Assembly: GCA_963665095.1 (NCBI GenBank)
Contig: OY762069.1
Location: forward strand, 1,440,001-1,504,000
Origin: an uncultured Desulfobacter sp.
Lineage (GTDB): Bacteria; Desulfobacterota; Desulfobacteria; Desulfobacterales; Desulfobacteraceae
Direction of reading: 5' to 3'
Length of the DNA stretch: 64,000 nt
The position numbers and the translations under genes are program-made. Shown one piece after another: positions 43,873 to 54,164 of the stretch (positions within the stretch are counted from its first letter, which is position 1; each line of letters begins with the position of its first letter). The notes beneath the pieces are model-generated. The model was not told where the DNA came from. It was given only the letters and a program-made list of their open reading frames with translations, and searched no databases.

Positions 43873-45082
43873 CAGCTGTATGGGGCATGCCCATGCCTTT
43901 GTGCATGCACTGGCATCTGAATTCAGGTATTTTTATTCGGATAAACCCGTACTTGTTTCCTTCGTCGGTGTGGCAGTCGTGATATTTACCCTTTATGCCT
44001 ATTGCTATTCCCATCAGACCCTGCCGGAATTAGGTGTGGTGGTGGTGGATTATGACAATACACCCACCAGCCGGAAATTTCTGCGCATGGTCCAGGCCTC
44101 AAATGATATGACCCTTTGCGGCGTTGAAACCGATCTGATCAGTGCCCAAAGGCAGGTGCTGGCATCCCGGGCCAGAGGAATTATCGTGATTCCGGAACAC
44201 TTTTCCAAGGATCTGGTCAAAAACCAGCAGGTGCATGTTTCGGTTTATGCTGATGGTGCCTACTTGCTCTATTACAAGCAGATTTTAACCGCCATAAAAG
44301 AGATTGCAGCCTATTTTAACGCCGGCATCCAGATCAAAAAAAAGATGCTTGACGGCAACACCGCAAAACAGGCCTCTAATGCCGTACAACCGGTTCTGGG
44401 CAAAACCGTGGATCTGTACAACCCGGGGTCCGGTTACGGCACCTTCCTGATGCCTGTAATCCTGGTCATTGTCCTGCAGACAACCATGCTAAACGCCATG
44501 GGGATACTTGGGGGGACCCTGTCAGAAGCCGGCAGTCTTACCACGGTCTATCCCAACGCGGCCCGCAGGTTTGGAACCCTTCCCGTGGTTCTGGGCAAGG
44601 CTTGCGCCTATGTTCTGACAGGCTTGTGCCTGGTGGTCTTTTTCGTAAGCATCGTCCTGCCGGGGTTTAAAATCCCTGTACGAACCAACATGCTTGCCAC
44701 CATTGTTTTCATGGTTCCATATCTTTTGTCTGTGGCCTGTTTAGGCCTGTTTCTGCTGACATTTTTCCAAAAACGGGAAACCGCTGTAGCAGTGATCATG
44801 TTCACCTCCATCCCTGCCCTGATGCTGACCGGCATTTCCTGGCCGGACCAGGATATTCCCGCAACGCTTGCCATTTTAAGACACCTTATCCCCTCTACTC
44901 CGGGAACAAAGGGCTTTGTTAGCCTGACCCAGATGGGAGCGGATTTTACCATTATCAAGGACACCTGGGTTCAGCTGTGGGGACTTTTCCTGTTCTACTT
45001 CATCCTGGCGGCCCTGTCCCTGAAGCGGTTGTGGATACTTGAGCTTGAAACGAAAACCGGTTTATCTTTAAAGTATCAATAA
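43856..45082 (+). CDS. ABC-2 type permease (YbhR-like)
   Basis: VVD.DNT..SR, YNP..GY..FL.P, GISWP, IPST. Confidence 0.88.
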   Translation: MKKIYNSCMGHAHAFVHALASEFRYFYSDKPVLVSFVGVAVVIFTLYAYCYSHQTLPELGVVVVDYDNTPTSRKFLRMVQASNDMTLCGVETDLISAQRQVLASRARGIIVIPEHFSKDLVKNQQVHVSVYADGAYLLYYKQILTAIKEIAAYFNAGIQIKKKMLDGNTAKQASNAVQPVLGKTVDLYNPGSGYGTFLMPVILVIVLQTTMLNAMGILGGTLSEAGSLTTVYPNAARRFGTLPVVLGKACAYVLTGLCLVVFFVSIVLPGFKIPVRTNMLATIVFMVPYLLSVACLGLFLLTFFQKRETAVAVIMFTSIPALMLTGISWPDQDIPATLAILRHLIPSTPGTKGFVSLTQMGADFTIIKDTWVQLWGLFLFYFILAALSLKRLWILELETKTGLSLKYQ

Positions 45083-45206
45083 TCTGTGTTATGAAGGATA
45101 CAACCCAGCGCCCAATGTTACATCCGGCATTTATACTTCTAAACGTACCCCCACAGGTGCGACAGCCTTTTTAAAGCTTCTTTCTGGTTTCCGGGCAAAC
45201 CCATAA

Positions 45207-45290
45207 TAACAGCCATGGGCTGACCTTGACTGTCAACACCCAGGTTTCAACCCACAACAAAGCATGAAGGGATCTGAACAACAAATTGGA
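45207..45290 (+). repeat. 84-bp dispersed intergenic repeat, copy B
   Basis: Direct-orientation match to 32041-32124. Confidence 0.85.
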
Positions 45291-45442
45291 CTTTTCATAT
45301 AACGGCCACGGGCCGGCCTGACATATCATCTGCCAGGCTTCGACCCAAAACAAAAATTGAAAGTATCTCAACAACTTAACGAGACTTTCTTGTAAAAAGA
45401 AATAGAAAGAAAATGTCATTAAACAAAAGGGGAGATGCAAGC

Positions 45443-45805
45443 ATGATAAAAAAAATTGAAAGTCCATCAATTCTTGAGTCCGCCGGCAACAAACCCAAAA
45501 AAATCGAAGAGTTCATCGGTTGTGTCAACTCCGGGACATCAGAGATCAGCATTGCCCGGATGACAAGCCCCTACGGGTGGGTGGAACCGGGCCAGACACC
45601 GAAGTTTGATGAATATACCCTGGTGCTCAAAGGCATGCTTCGGGTGGAGACCCAAGACGGCATCACAGATGTGAAAGAAGGCCAGGCCGTAATCGTTCCG
45701 GCAGGCCAGTGGGTTCAGTACAGCACCCCGGAAGCGGAAGGGGCGCAGTATATTGCCGTATGCCGGCCGGCATTCACACCGGATACGGTCAACAGAGATG
45801 AATAA
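45443..45805 (+). CDS. Cupin-domain protein
   Basis: GWVEPGQTP.FDEYT.VL.G, WVQYSTP, C.PAF.P; GGGAG upstream of ATG 45443. Confidence 0.85.
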   Translation: MIKKIESPSILESAGNKPKKIEEFIGCVNSGTSEISIARMTSPYGWVEPGQTPKFDEYTLVLKGMLRVETQDGITDVKEGQAVIVPAGQWVQYSTPEAEGAQYIAVCRPAFTPDTVNRDE

Positions 45806-45827
45806 GGGGGGCCGGACAGGGAGACTC

Positions 45828-46655
45828 TTATTCCGAAACAGAAGTAAAGACAGGTGGTAAAGGCTGTACCGGACCTGTTTTAAAATTATTTTCTGTGGCC
45901 GTCGCCCTAAGGCTTTTGATACGATCCATGGCTTCGGGATGGCTGTTGAAATAGTGTGTAACCCCTTTAAAGGTAGCGCCTGGTTCCGGTGCCATGGCCC
46001 TGAAAAATTCATCTGCCCCGCCCACATGCCCGTAATAGCAGTTAAGAATCTGAAGCGCTGACAGGTCTGCCATATTTTCCCTGTCCCTGGAGTAGAAGGC
46101 CATATTCAAATCCACGGTGGGGGCCAGGAAACGGGTGATATCCGATCCCGCACCGGTTAAAATGGCGGCAACCGCTGTCATCACAAGGCTTCGTCCCATT
46201 CCTTTCAAGTGATCCCTGTTTTTGAAATGGCCCAGTTCATGGGCCAGGACAAAACAGAGCCCGTTTTCACTTTTCACCTTGGACAGCAGCCCTTTAAAAA
46301 CGACAATCCGTCCTCCGGGAAGGGCTACGGCATTTGCAATGTCAGACGCCACCAGAAACACATCCAGAGGATAAGAGATCCCGGCACAGGCGACAAGTTT
46401 ATCGGTCAGTTCCTGAAGCAGGGCCTGTTCCGGGGTGTTTCCCACAGTACACTCCGGCGGGCAGAATGTCGCAAAAATTTTGGCTTCGACCTCCGGAGAA
46501 ATAAAATCCGCTGCAAAATCAACAAACTGGCCGGCTGCCCAGAAGAGTGTCAAAAGGCAGATGGTGATCCCGGCAAAAAGGAGAAAAAACTCTTTTAACG
46601 GATGCTCATGGGACACATTGCTGTTTTCTTCGGGCAAGACTGGTCGATATTCCAT
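45828..46655 (-). CDS. M48-family metallopeptidase
   Basis: NAVALPGG, LAHELGH, SRDRE..AD, SHP. Confidence 0.9.
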   Translation of the reverse strand: MEYRPVLPEENSNVSHEHPLKEFFLLFAGITICLLTLFWAAGQFVDFAADFISPEVEAKIFATFCPPECTVGNTPEQALLQELTDKLVACAGISYPLDVFLVASDIANAVALPGGRIVVFKGLLSKVKSENGLCFVLAHELGHFKNRDHLKGMGRSLVMTAVAAILTGAGSDITRFLAPTVDLNMAFYSRDRENMADLSALQILNCYYGHVGGADEFFRAMAPEPGATFKGVTHYFNSHPEAMDRIKSLRATATENNFKTGPVQPLPPVFTSVSE

Positions 46656-46710
46656 AATATTTTTTACCACAACAGTGAAACGTTTAAATCAGCTCTGGTT
46701 TCCGGTTAGT

Positions 46711-46791
46711 TCACTTCAAAAGGGATACAGCTGTGCCGTAAATGGCTGTTATTGTTTTACCTGGGATCTCTTCAGTGTTGCTTAAAAGCAG
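46711..46791 (-). pseudogene. ybjQ (UPF0145) remnant with internal deletion
   Basis: RBS AGGAG then (L)LLSNTEEIPGKTI-TAIYGTAVSLLK*, i.e. a YbjQ-like N-terminus joined directly to the C-terminal YGTAV motif. Confidence 0.7.
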
Positions 46792-47002
46792 TGCCTCTCC
46801 TTGAGTTGATTTTTCTGAATTTGCCTGGGGTTATTCCCCCTGCACCAAGCCGGACTGGCGGATGTATAAATATAAAAAAATTCTTCCAGTCCATGGCCAA
46901 ACCGCTCAAGCAGCTGTTGACATTTTTAAAGACAATTATGAATGAACATCTTTTTTTTAGCAATATATCAATTGCTTGTAAAGAAGTGTAATTCTGCTTT
47001 GT

Positions 47003-47282
47003 CTATATTGGCATTTTCATATTTGCCAAATCCATGTTGTAACGGTCTTTGGGACTGAAAACAATATGATCCAGAACGGCAATACCTATGGTTCTGACCG
47101 CCTTCTGGAGCTGCCGGGTCAGTTTGATATCAGCCCGCCCCGGGGTCGTGTCACCCGACGGCTGGTTATGGGCCAGGATCACCGCTGAGGTCCGGTCTGT
47201 TACGGAATCGGCAAAAACATCTTTGCACCATCTTTTCCCGGGGACGCACCTGTTTGGGAATATCAGACCGTTGTCTGGGCAT
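47003..47282 (-). pseudogene. radC: radC remnant with internal deletion and frameshift
   Basis: MPRQRSDIPKQVRPREKMVQ (RadC N-terminal RPREK), then in another frame VFAD..TDR.SAVILAHNQPSGD.TP..ADI..T..L.....IGI.VLDHIVF (JAB C-terminus). Confidence 0.85.
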
Positions 47283-47363
47283 GGGAAACGCCTGTTATTT
47301 TATCCAGTCACAGAAGCGATTGACCTTATCCCGCTTCCTCAGCCATTTTTTACGCGTTATCAC

Positions 47364-48713
47364 TTAATTGGCATCGACAAGTTTCCACTCTTTCAACCGA
47401 CTATAAGCATACTGACTGTATTTGTTGGACGCGTAGTTAACCTGTTTGATATATGAGATGTACTTGTCAGCTGCTTCGTTTTTCCGGCCGGCTTTGTCCA
47501 GGGCGAATCCCTGGTAAAAAGTCACCTGGGGGTTCCCCGGTAACCGCTTATCGCAGGTGGTAAAATCATCATAGGCCTTTATGTGTTTTTGTAAGTTTAA
47601 ATTGGCAAGCCCTGAAAGATAATACCCCTGGCTTTCTCCGGGATACAACTGCTTGGCCAGTCCTGCATGAAGCGCTGCATCCTTGGCTTTTTCCCTGAGC
47701 AGCATACACTTTGCCATCATCACCTGGGCGGTATAATCCGTATCTCTTATCTTGAGTGCAGATAAAAATGCCTGCTCAGCCTTTTCATACTGCTCTTTGG
47801 CTAAAAATTTATCCCCTTCCTGGAGTTTGGCGATCATGGGCCTGATCTTTCGCAGATCTGCAGTGTGATCCATATAACGCTCCCGGTACAGGCTGCGGGA
47901 ATGTGTGTCCAGGTACATTTCAGCATCCCGTTTACGGGCCATCTCCACACGCTCCCGGCTCATGGGGTGGGTGGCAAACAGCATTTCCACTGAGCTGGAC
48001 TGGGCTGAATGCAAGGACGCCAGCATATCCATAAGTCCTAAAAAGCCCTGGGAGCTGTATCCGGAGCGTGTCATGTAGAGATGCCCTAAGGCATCGGCCT
48101 CCCGCTCGTTATTCCTGGAGTATTTTGACAGGAACAGTCCCTGGCCCAGGGAACCCAGTTGCTGGGTCACCCTGCCCATCCCACTTCCCTGGGTCTCGGC
48201 GATGGCAGACAGGCCTGTCAACAGAACCGATGATATCTGGCCTTTTGACTGCTGCTCTGCGGTGTGCCTGGCATTGACATGGCCAAGTTCATGACCTAAA
48301 AGCGAAGCAAGTTCCGCCTCATTGTCAAGCTCCAGCAAGATACCGCGGGTCGCAGCTATGGAGCCGCCCGGAAAGGCATAGGCATTAATATAGGTGGCAT
48401 TGACCACATGGAAATTGTAGGGCATGTCAGACCGGTGTACATGGGAAAGCATGCCTTTGCCCACCTGAGAGATATACTGATTTAAACGGTTGTCCTGGCT
48501 GACGCCATAGTCCGAGGAAAACTGAAACCCGGATTGCTGCCTGTCTATCTCAATCTCCTGTTCCCGGCTCATGAGCATAAGCTGTTTGTGGCCGGTGACC
48601 GGGTCAATGGCACATCCGTGGAAAAGGCTGTGCCCTGCCCCCAATAAGGAGACTGATGCACACCCCTTTAAAAAATCCCGCCGTGTAATTCGGATTTTTT
48701 CAAGTTGCTTCAT
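47364..48713 (-). CDS. M48 metalloprotease with TPRs (BepA-like), Tat-type lipoprotein signal
   Basis: TRRDFLK..GC, NAYAFPGG, GHELGH, YSR..E.EAD, THP, C-terminal TPRs. Confidence 0.88.
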   Translation of the reverse strand: MKQLEKIRITRRDFLKGCASVSLLGAGHSLFHGCAIDPVTGHKQLMLMSREQEIEIDRQQSGFQFSSDYGVSQDNRLNQYISQVGKGMLSHVHRSDMPYNFHVVNATYINAYAFPGGSIAATRGILLELDNEAELASLLGHELGHVNARHTAEQQSKGQISSVLLTGLSAIAETQGSGMGRVTQQLGSLGQGLFLSKYSRNNEREADALGHLYMTRSGYSSQGFLGLMDMLASLHSAQSSSVEMLFATHPMSRERVEMARKRDAEMYLDTHSRSLYRERYMDHTADLRKIRPMIAKLQEGDKFLAKEQYEKAEQAFLSALKIRDTDYTAQVMMAKCMLLREKAKDAALHAGLAKQLYPGESQGYYLSGLANLNLQKHIKAYDDFTTCDKRLPGNPQVTFYQGFALDKAGRKNEAADKYISYIKQVNYASNKYSQYAYSRLKEWKLVDAN

Positions 48714-48870
48714 ACCAAATCCAGCCTGTGTTTAAAAAGTTATCGTTAATGCAAGTATACCTTTGCCGGATATTAACGGTCAATCCCCATGGATTTTCCG
48801 TAAAAAATGATTATATTCCATGAACCATTTCCGGCGTCACAAGTTACGGCCCAAAAAAAATGAGGTGACC

Positions 48871-49404
48871 ATGTTTATAGACCTGTTGCAGAAAAGAAGA
48901 AGCATCCGTAAGTTTGAAGACAAACCTGTATCCCTTGAACACAGGGATTTTCTCATTGAAGCGGCTTTAAGATCGCCCAGCGGCCGCGGTATCAACCCCT
49001 GGCACTTTGTTGTGGTGGAGGATAAAGAACACATTGAAAAACTATCCCGGTCCAAGCCCCATGGGGCTGGATTTCTAAAAAACGCGCCCCTGGTTATTGC
49101 GGTGTGTGCCGACACCACAAAAACAGATATATGGGTTGAAGACAGTGCCATTGTGGCGACCATCATCCATCTGGCAGCCCAGGATCTTGGCCTTGGCTCC
49201 TGCTGGGTACAGATGCGGCTTCGCACCCACGAGGACGGCTGTTCCTGTTCCGACTATATTTCGAACGTCCTCAACCTGCCAAAGCATTTTGAAGTCGAGG
49301 CTGTCATCGGGATCGGTTACCCGGCCGAGCAGAAAAAAGGGCATGCTGCAGAGACCCTGCTGTATAATAAGGTGAGTTATGAACAGTTTGGCCGGACAGC
49401 TTAA
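48871..49404 (+). CDS. Nitroreductase family protein
   Basis: KRRSIRKF, SPS, PWHFVVV, LGLGSCW, IGYP; RBS GAGG. Confidence 0.92.
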   Translation: MFIDLLQKRRSIRKFEDKPVSLEHRDFLIEAALRSPSGRGINPWHFVVVEDKEHIEKLSRSKPHGAGFLKNAPLVIAVCADTTKTDIWVEDSAIVATIIHLAAQDLGLGSCWVQMRLRTHEDGCSCSDYISNVLNLPKHFEVEAVIGIGYPAEQKKGHAAETLLYNKVSYEQFGRTA

Positions 49405-49778
49405 CCTCTCAGATTCATGATAATTCATCCTTTTCCAGGGCGGATGGCACACGCCGACTGCCCTGGTCGGATCTAACCGGTTCAGCCCGGAACTGCCCTT
49501 TCTGCCAGACCATATTTCATTGATAAAGCCAGACTATCAGAACTTTCCCTGCTTTCTGAGAAAAATATATTTAAAACAGTCAAAGAGGCCCCCTGATTCT
49601 CCGCATACACAAACAAAGACCATTTTTTCCTTGACAGGCACTATGGCTATAAAATAACTATATAGCATCCCAAACGTAACTAATATGTGATTTTGACTCT
49701 GGATGTATACCTGCTTCTTCCGGGACAGTCCCCGGGAAAAGTGAATATAACAACAAAACCATCTTTCTAAGGAGGAGA

Positions 49779-51113
49779 TTGTCCATGGAACAGGCAAAAT
49801 CACAGGTAGCCCCCCTTTCCGTCCAGGTCTGGGCCAAATTTCTGATCATGAGTGCTGTCGGCATTTTTTCTTTTTTCATCACATTTACCCTGGGGAACCG
49901 GGAGACCTTTCTGGTCAACCATATTGCCATAGCACTCAAGGGGAAGCTTGATCCATATGTCTATTCCTACATCATGATTCTGGCTGCCTGCGGGATTGTA
50001 GATCTTTATGTCCGCAGGGGCAGATTTTTTAAAGACACGGTCAATATGGTCCTCTCCTTAACCAAAATATCAGGGTTTATTGTCATTATCTGCGTGGTGA
50101 TGGGCATGGGACCGGAAGTTATCTTAAACCAGAGCGTGGGGCCTTTTGTATTAAAAAAACTGGTATTCCCCATATCCATAACCATTCCCGTAGCTGCCCT
50201 GTTTCTACCCTTTCTTCTGGATTTTGGACTGATTGATTTCTGCGGTGTGTTGATGCGCCCCATCATGCGCCCGCTGTTCAATGCCCCGGGGCGTTCGGCT
50301 GTGATCGCGGTCAGTGCATTTCTAGGCAACTTCTCCATCGGCCATATTGCCGTGGACAGTTTGTATAAAGAGGGGAAATTAACCGACCGGGAGGCCGCTA
50401 TTATCGGGACAGGATTTTGTACGGCCTCGGTGGCGTTTCTCATGGTCCTTGCCAACCTGCTCGACCTGATGGACCATTGGAATTTTTATTTCTGGTCCTC
50501 GTTTCTGATCACCATGGCCGTGACCGGTATCAGCGTCCGGATCCCCCCCTTATCCCGCAAACCATTGACATACTATCCCGGCGTCACCCCCCAGCCGGAA
50601 AAAATATACAACAGCGATCTGTTGAAACATGCATTTCTGGAAGGACTCAGAGTGACGGCGGAATCAGACGCCCTTGTCAACCGGGTGGGATTTATCATGA
50701 AGGAAAGTATGCTGATTGTCATGGGATTTATCAACGGCGTGATGCTTTTTGGTGTTGCCGGCATTCTGCTCAATGAATACACAAGTTTCTTCCAGTACCT
50801 GGGCTATATTTTCTACCCCTTTCTCAAGCTGGTACAGATTCCTGATATCGGGGTGGCCATGAAGGCTGCCGGGATCTCGTTTCTGGACATTCTTCTGCCG
50901 GCCCTGATCGGTTCCAAGGCAGATCTTGCCATCCAGACCCGTTACCTTATCGCAACCGTGTCGGTGTCAGGCATTATATTTTTAGGCGCGTTCATCCCCT
51001 GCATTTTGTCCACAAATATCCCTGTTAAATTTTCGGAGCTGGCCGTATTATGGCTGCAGCGTGTTGTTTTGACCATCCTTTTGGCCGGCGGTGTGGCGTT
51101 GATTTACTTTTAG
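49779..51113 (+). CDS. YjiH-family (nucleoside-recognition Gate domain) membrane transporter
   Basis: Multi-TM, FG..DF.G..MRP.MRPLF..PGRSA, RIPPLS.KP. Confidence 0.8.
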   Translation: MSMEQAKSQVAPLSVQVWAKFLIMSAVGIFSFFITFTLGNRETFLVNHIAIALKGKLDPYVYSYIMILAACGIVDLYVRRGRFFKDTVNMVLSLTKISGFIVIICVVMGMGPEVILNQSVGPFVLKKLVFPISITIPVAALFLPFLLDFGLIDFCGVLMRPIMRPLFNAPGRSAVIAVSAFLGNFSIGHIAVDSLYKEGKLTDREAAIIGTGFCTASVAFLMVLANLLDLMDHWNFYFWSSFLITMAVTGISVRIPPLSRKPLTYYPGVTPQPEKIYNSDLLKHAFLEGLRVTAESDALVNRVGFIMKESMLIVMGFINGVMLFGVAGILLNEYTSFFQYLGYIFYPFLKLVQIPDIGVAMKAAGISFLDILLPALIGSKADLAIQTRYLIATVSVSGIIFLGAFIPCILSTNIPVKFSELAVLWLQRVVLTILLAGGVALIYF

Positions 51114-51224
51114 GCGGGTTCAGTTCTCCTGGTGTAAAAATAGTATAAACGTGGACAGCCCCGTACAAAAACTGGTAAAAAAAAACACTCAACAACGCAT
51201 ATTTGAAAGGAATCACAAGGCACA

Positions 51225-52148
51225 TTGAAACCCATAGAACAAATTGCCATTTTCGGGGCCGGCGCCATGGGGGCGGCATATGCCGCTCTTTTTACGGACA
51301 ACTCAAACCTGCAAGTCTGTTTTTCAGCAAGAGGAGAACGGTTTTACCGCCTTGACGGGGCCACCATCAACGTCAATGGCCGGGATTACAAAATTCCCGT
51401 GGTGCATCCGGACCGGGTCAAGGCCCCCTTTAATCTGGTGCTGGTGGCCCTGAAGCACCACCACCTGACAGAACCGGTAATCAAAGATATCAACGCCCTG
51501 ACGGAACCTGACACCCTGATCCTTTCCGTGATGAACGGGCTTGAAAGTGAAAAGCTGGTGGGCAGGGTCTGTGGAGAAGACAAAATTGTCCCGGCCATTG
51601 CCGTGGGCATTGATGCAGTCCATGAAAACAACCGGTTTACCTTTGCCAATCCGGGTAAAATCATATTCGGTAATGACCCGACCCTTGAAAATGCGGATGA
51701 CACACTCCGGTTAAAGCGTGTGAAAACAGCCCTGGATAAGGCAGGCATCCCCAATGAGATCACGCCGGATATTTTAAGAACCATGTGGTGGAAATTCATG
51801 GTCAATGTAGGCGTTAACCAGTCGTCTGCCGTGCTTGGGGCTCCCTACGGCGTTTTCCAGAGCCGGCCTGCCGCACGGGAGCTGATGATCTCTTTGATGC
51901 AGGAAGTGGTCAATCTTGCCCACCATAAAGGGATCAACCTTCAGCCATCCGACATTGACCAGTGGGTGGAAGTACTCCACACCCTGAGCCCGGAAGGCAA
52001 GACCTCCATGCTCCAGGACATGGAGGCAAAAAGAAAAACCGAGGTGGAGATCTTTGCAGGCTCTGTGGTAGCCATGGGCAAAGAGGCGGGCATTCCCACG
52101 CCGGTGAACCAGACATTTCTCAATCTGATCCAGGTGTTGGAAGCCTGA
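51225..52148 (+). CDS. panE: Ketopantoate reductase family protein
   Basis: GAGAMG, MNG, W.KFM.N...N, SMLQD...RKTE. Confidence 0.85.
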   Translation: MKPIEQIAIFGAGAMGAAYAALFTDNSNLQVCFSARGERFYRLDGATINVNGRDYKIPVVHPDRVKAPFNLVLVALKHHHLTEPVIKDINALTEPDTLILSVMNGLESEKLVGRVCGEDKIVPAIAVGIDAVHENNRFTFANPGKIIFGNDPTLENADDTLRLKRVKTALDKAGIPNEITPDILRTMWWKFMVNVGVNQSSAVLGAPYGVFQSRPAARELMISLMQEVVNLAHHKGINLQPSDIDQWVEVLHTLSPEGKTSMLQDMEAKRKTEVEIFAGSVVAMGKEAGIPTPVNQTFLNLIQVLEA

Positions 52149-52202
52149 AAAAAGCCCGGGCCGTGCATAAACAGGCCCGGGCCGGTTAAATTTTCAACCG
52201 TA

Positions 52203-54164
52203 TCAGGCTGTCAGCTCCCGCCTGTCCGACATATCCACAAGCACGCGTTCCCTGGCCTTGTCAATGCCCAGTTGAGCGCGCTTTTTATCGATATGGGCAA
52301 TCATCAGGCGTGCAATCTCCTGGGGATCCACAGCCATCCCCCATTTTCCAAAACCAAACCCCTCCATCTGGTTGAACAGGTAATCGTGGTACCGGGTCTC
52401 CTGGACAATGGGAAATCCCACCCCAAACACCGTATAGACCCCGGAGGCAACAAAGTAGTGGCCAATGGCCAGCGCTTTTTCGCTCATCCACTCCGGTGCA
52501 CAGCCGGCCGCCGGAAGATCGGCGATACTGTTACCAAGGCCACCGGCTTTGACCATGGCCGTGGCAGCAATCAGAATGCGGGTGTTGTCCACACAGGAGC
52601 CAAGTCCGAGAACCGGGGGCATGCCCACGGTTTCGCAGACCTCTGCCAGGCCCGGGCCGGCCAGGGCTGCAGCTTCCGGCACCAGAAAGCCTGCCTTGGC
52701 AAGGGCAATTTGCGAACACCCTGTCTGGAGAACCAGAACGTCATTTTTGATCAGTTCCCTGACCACTTCCACGTGAACGGCATCCTGCTTCACTTTAGGA
52801 TTAGTACACCCCACAACCCCGGCAACGCCGCGGATTCTTCCGTTAATGATATTTTCATTCAAAGGCGAGTAGCTTCCCCTGAAACTTCCACCCAGCATAT
52901 ATTCAATGTATTCATGGGTAAACCCGTGAATGCCTGCTTTGCTCTGGGACGGAATCACCACGGGAACAGAACGGGTGCTGAACCGGGAGATGGCCCTTGC
53001 CAGAATTTCGTCCGTACATTTGCGCGGGTCTTTTTCTTCGAACTCCACATGGCTTGCCCCTTCAATCCGGCACCGCGGGTTGGTCGTGATCAAATGTGTA
53101 TCATAGGCCTTGGCAACGGTGGCAAGGCCCTGTTTGATGCATTGAATATCCACAACCATGGCATCAACGGCGCCAGTGACCAGAACCGCCTCCGTGGAAC
53201 TGAAATTACCGGCATGGGGAACGCCATGCCGGGACATCATCTCCGCACCTGAGCAGCACATCCCCACAAGATTAATGCCGGCAGCGCCTTTTTGTGTTGC
53301 CTGGTCTATGAAAAACGGATCATTGACCCCGGCAAGAATGGCTTCGAACATGGCCGGTTCATGTCCGTGAACAATAATGTTGACATGGTCTTTTTTCAAT
53401 ACCCCCATGTTTACCTCGGCCTGGATGGGAACCGGGGTGCCGAACATAATGTCAGACAACTCGGTGGCCACCATGGAACCGCCCCACCCGTCCGCTAACG
53501 CAGTCCTTGTAATCTGTTTGGTCAGGTTCCCGTACTCCTGGTCACATCCAATATGGGTCCGGCTCATCATCTCCATGATCTCCCGCATGGATCCCCTTGG
53601 CACAACCCCGTGCTTTCTCCAGGTGTTCAATGTCTCTTCCGGGGCTAACCGTGTTAAAGGCATCTCACCATCAGTAGCAGTAAACGTCTTCTCAAGTTCA
53701 TCGCAAAGATCCCTGCCAACCTCTTCAATTGTCCGGTCCCGGACCTCAACGCCCAAAGAGGTAGCAAGAGTCTCAAGTTTTCGGACATCCTTTATGCCGA
53801 AGTCAAGCACGTTATCTTCCACCACCTCTCTAAACAGTTTAAGGATATGCATGCCATGGTCATTATGGGAGGCACATCCAGAGGCAACCATCCTGCCAAA
53901 ATTTCTGGCCATGATGGTATCAATGGTGGCACCGCAAATACCAACCTTTTTATAAGGATCCTTGGGATTCAACCGGCAGGGCCCCATAAAGCAGTGCTTG
54001 CAGCAGGCAGAATCAGCCCCGATGGGACAGGCCTTCATCTCCTGCCCTCTGTCCAAGGCAATAGACACATTGTCCTGCCTTGCTTTTTCAAGCATCTGGG
54101 CGGTTGCATCGCAAGTCGTCAGATCCGATGGCGCCGCTTGAACTTTTTGGTTTGTTTTTTCCAT
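52203..54164 (-). CDS. cooS: Anaerobic Ni-carbon-monoxide dehydrogenase catalytic subunit
   Basis: C-x7-CC..C.MGPC, H..H, HGHEP, MCC, D.QC, GC.N, TGC, GSCVDN, SEKA. Confidence 0.95.
   Translation of the reverse strand: MEKTNQKVQAAPSDLTTCDATAQMLEKARQDNVSIALDRGQEMKACPIGADSACCKHCFMGPCRLNPKDPYKKVGICGATIDTIMARNFGRMVASGCASHNDHGMHILKLFREVVEDNVLDFGIKDVRKLETLATSLGVEVRDRTIEEVGRDLCDELEKTFTATDGEMPLTRLAPEETLNTWRKHGVVPRGSMREIMEMMSRTHIGCDQEYGNLTKQITRTALADGWGGSMVATELSDIMFGTPVPIQAEVNMGVLKKDHVNIIVHGHEPAMFEAILAGVNDPFFIDQATQKGAAGINLVGMCCSGAEMMSRHGVPHAGNFSSTEAVLVTGAVDAMVVDIQCIKQGLATVAKAYDTHLITTNPRCRIEGASHVEFEEKDPRKCTDEILARAISRFSTRSVPVVIPSQSKAGIHGFTHEYIEYMLGGSFRGSYSPLNENIINGRIRGVAGVVGCTNPKVKQDAVHVEVVRELIKNDVLVLQTGCSQIALAKAGFLVPEAAALAGPGLAEVCETVGMPPVLGLGSCVDNTRILIAATAMVKAGGLGNSIADLPAAGCAPEWMSEKALAIGHYFVASGVYTVFGVGFPIVQETRYHDYLFNQMEGFGFGKWGMAVDPQEIARLMIAHIDKKRAQLGIDKARERVLVDMSDRRELTA

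Noticed and set aside
47088..47456. 122-aa plus-strand ORF
   Set aside because: It is antisense to the radC remnant and the protease 3' end
30217..53955. Long antisense ORFs such as 30217..31245 and 52272..53252
   Set aside because: They are shadows of well-supported genes on the opposite strand
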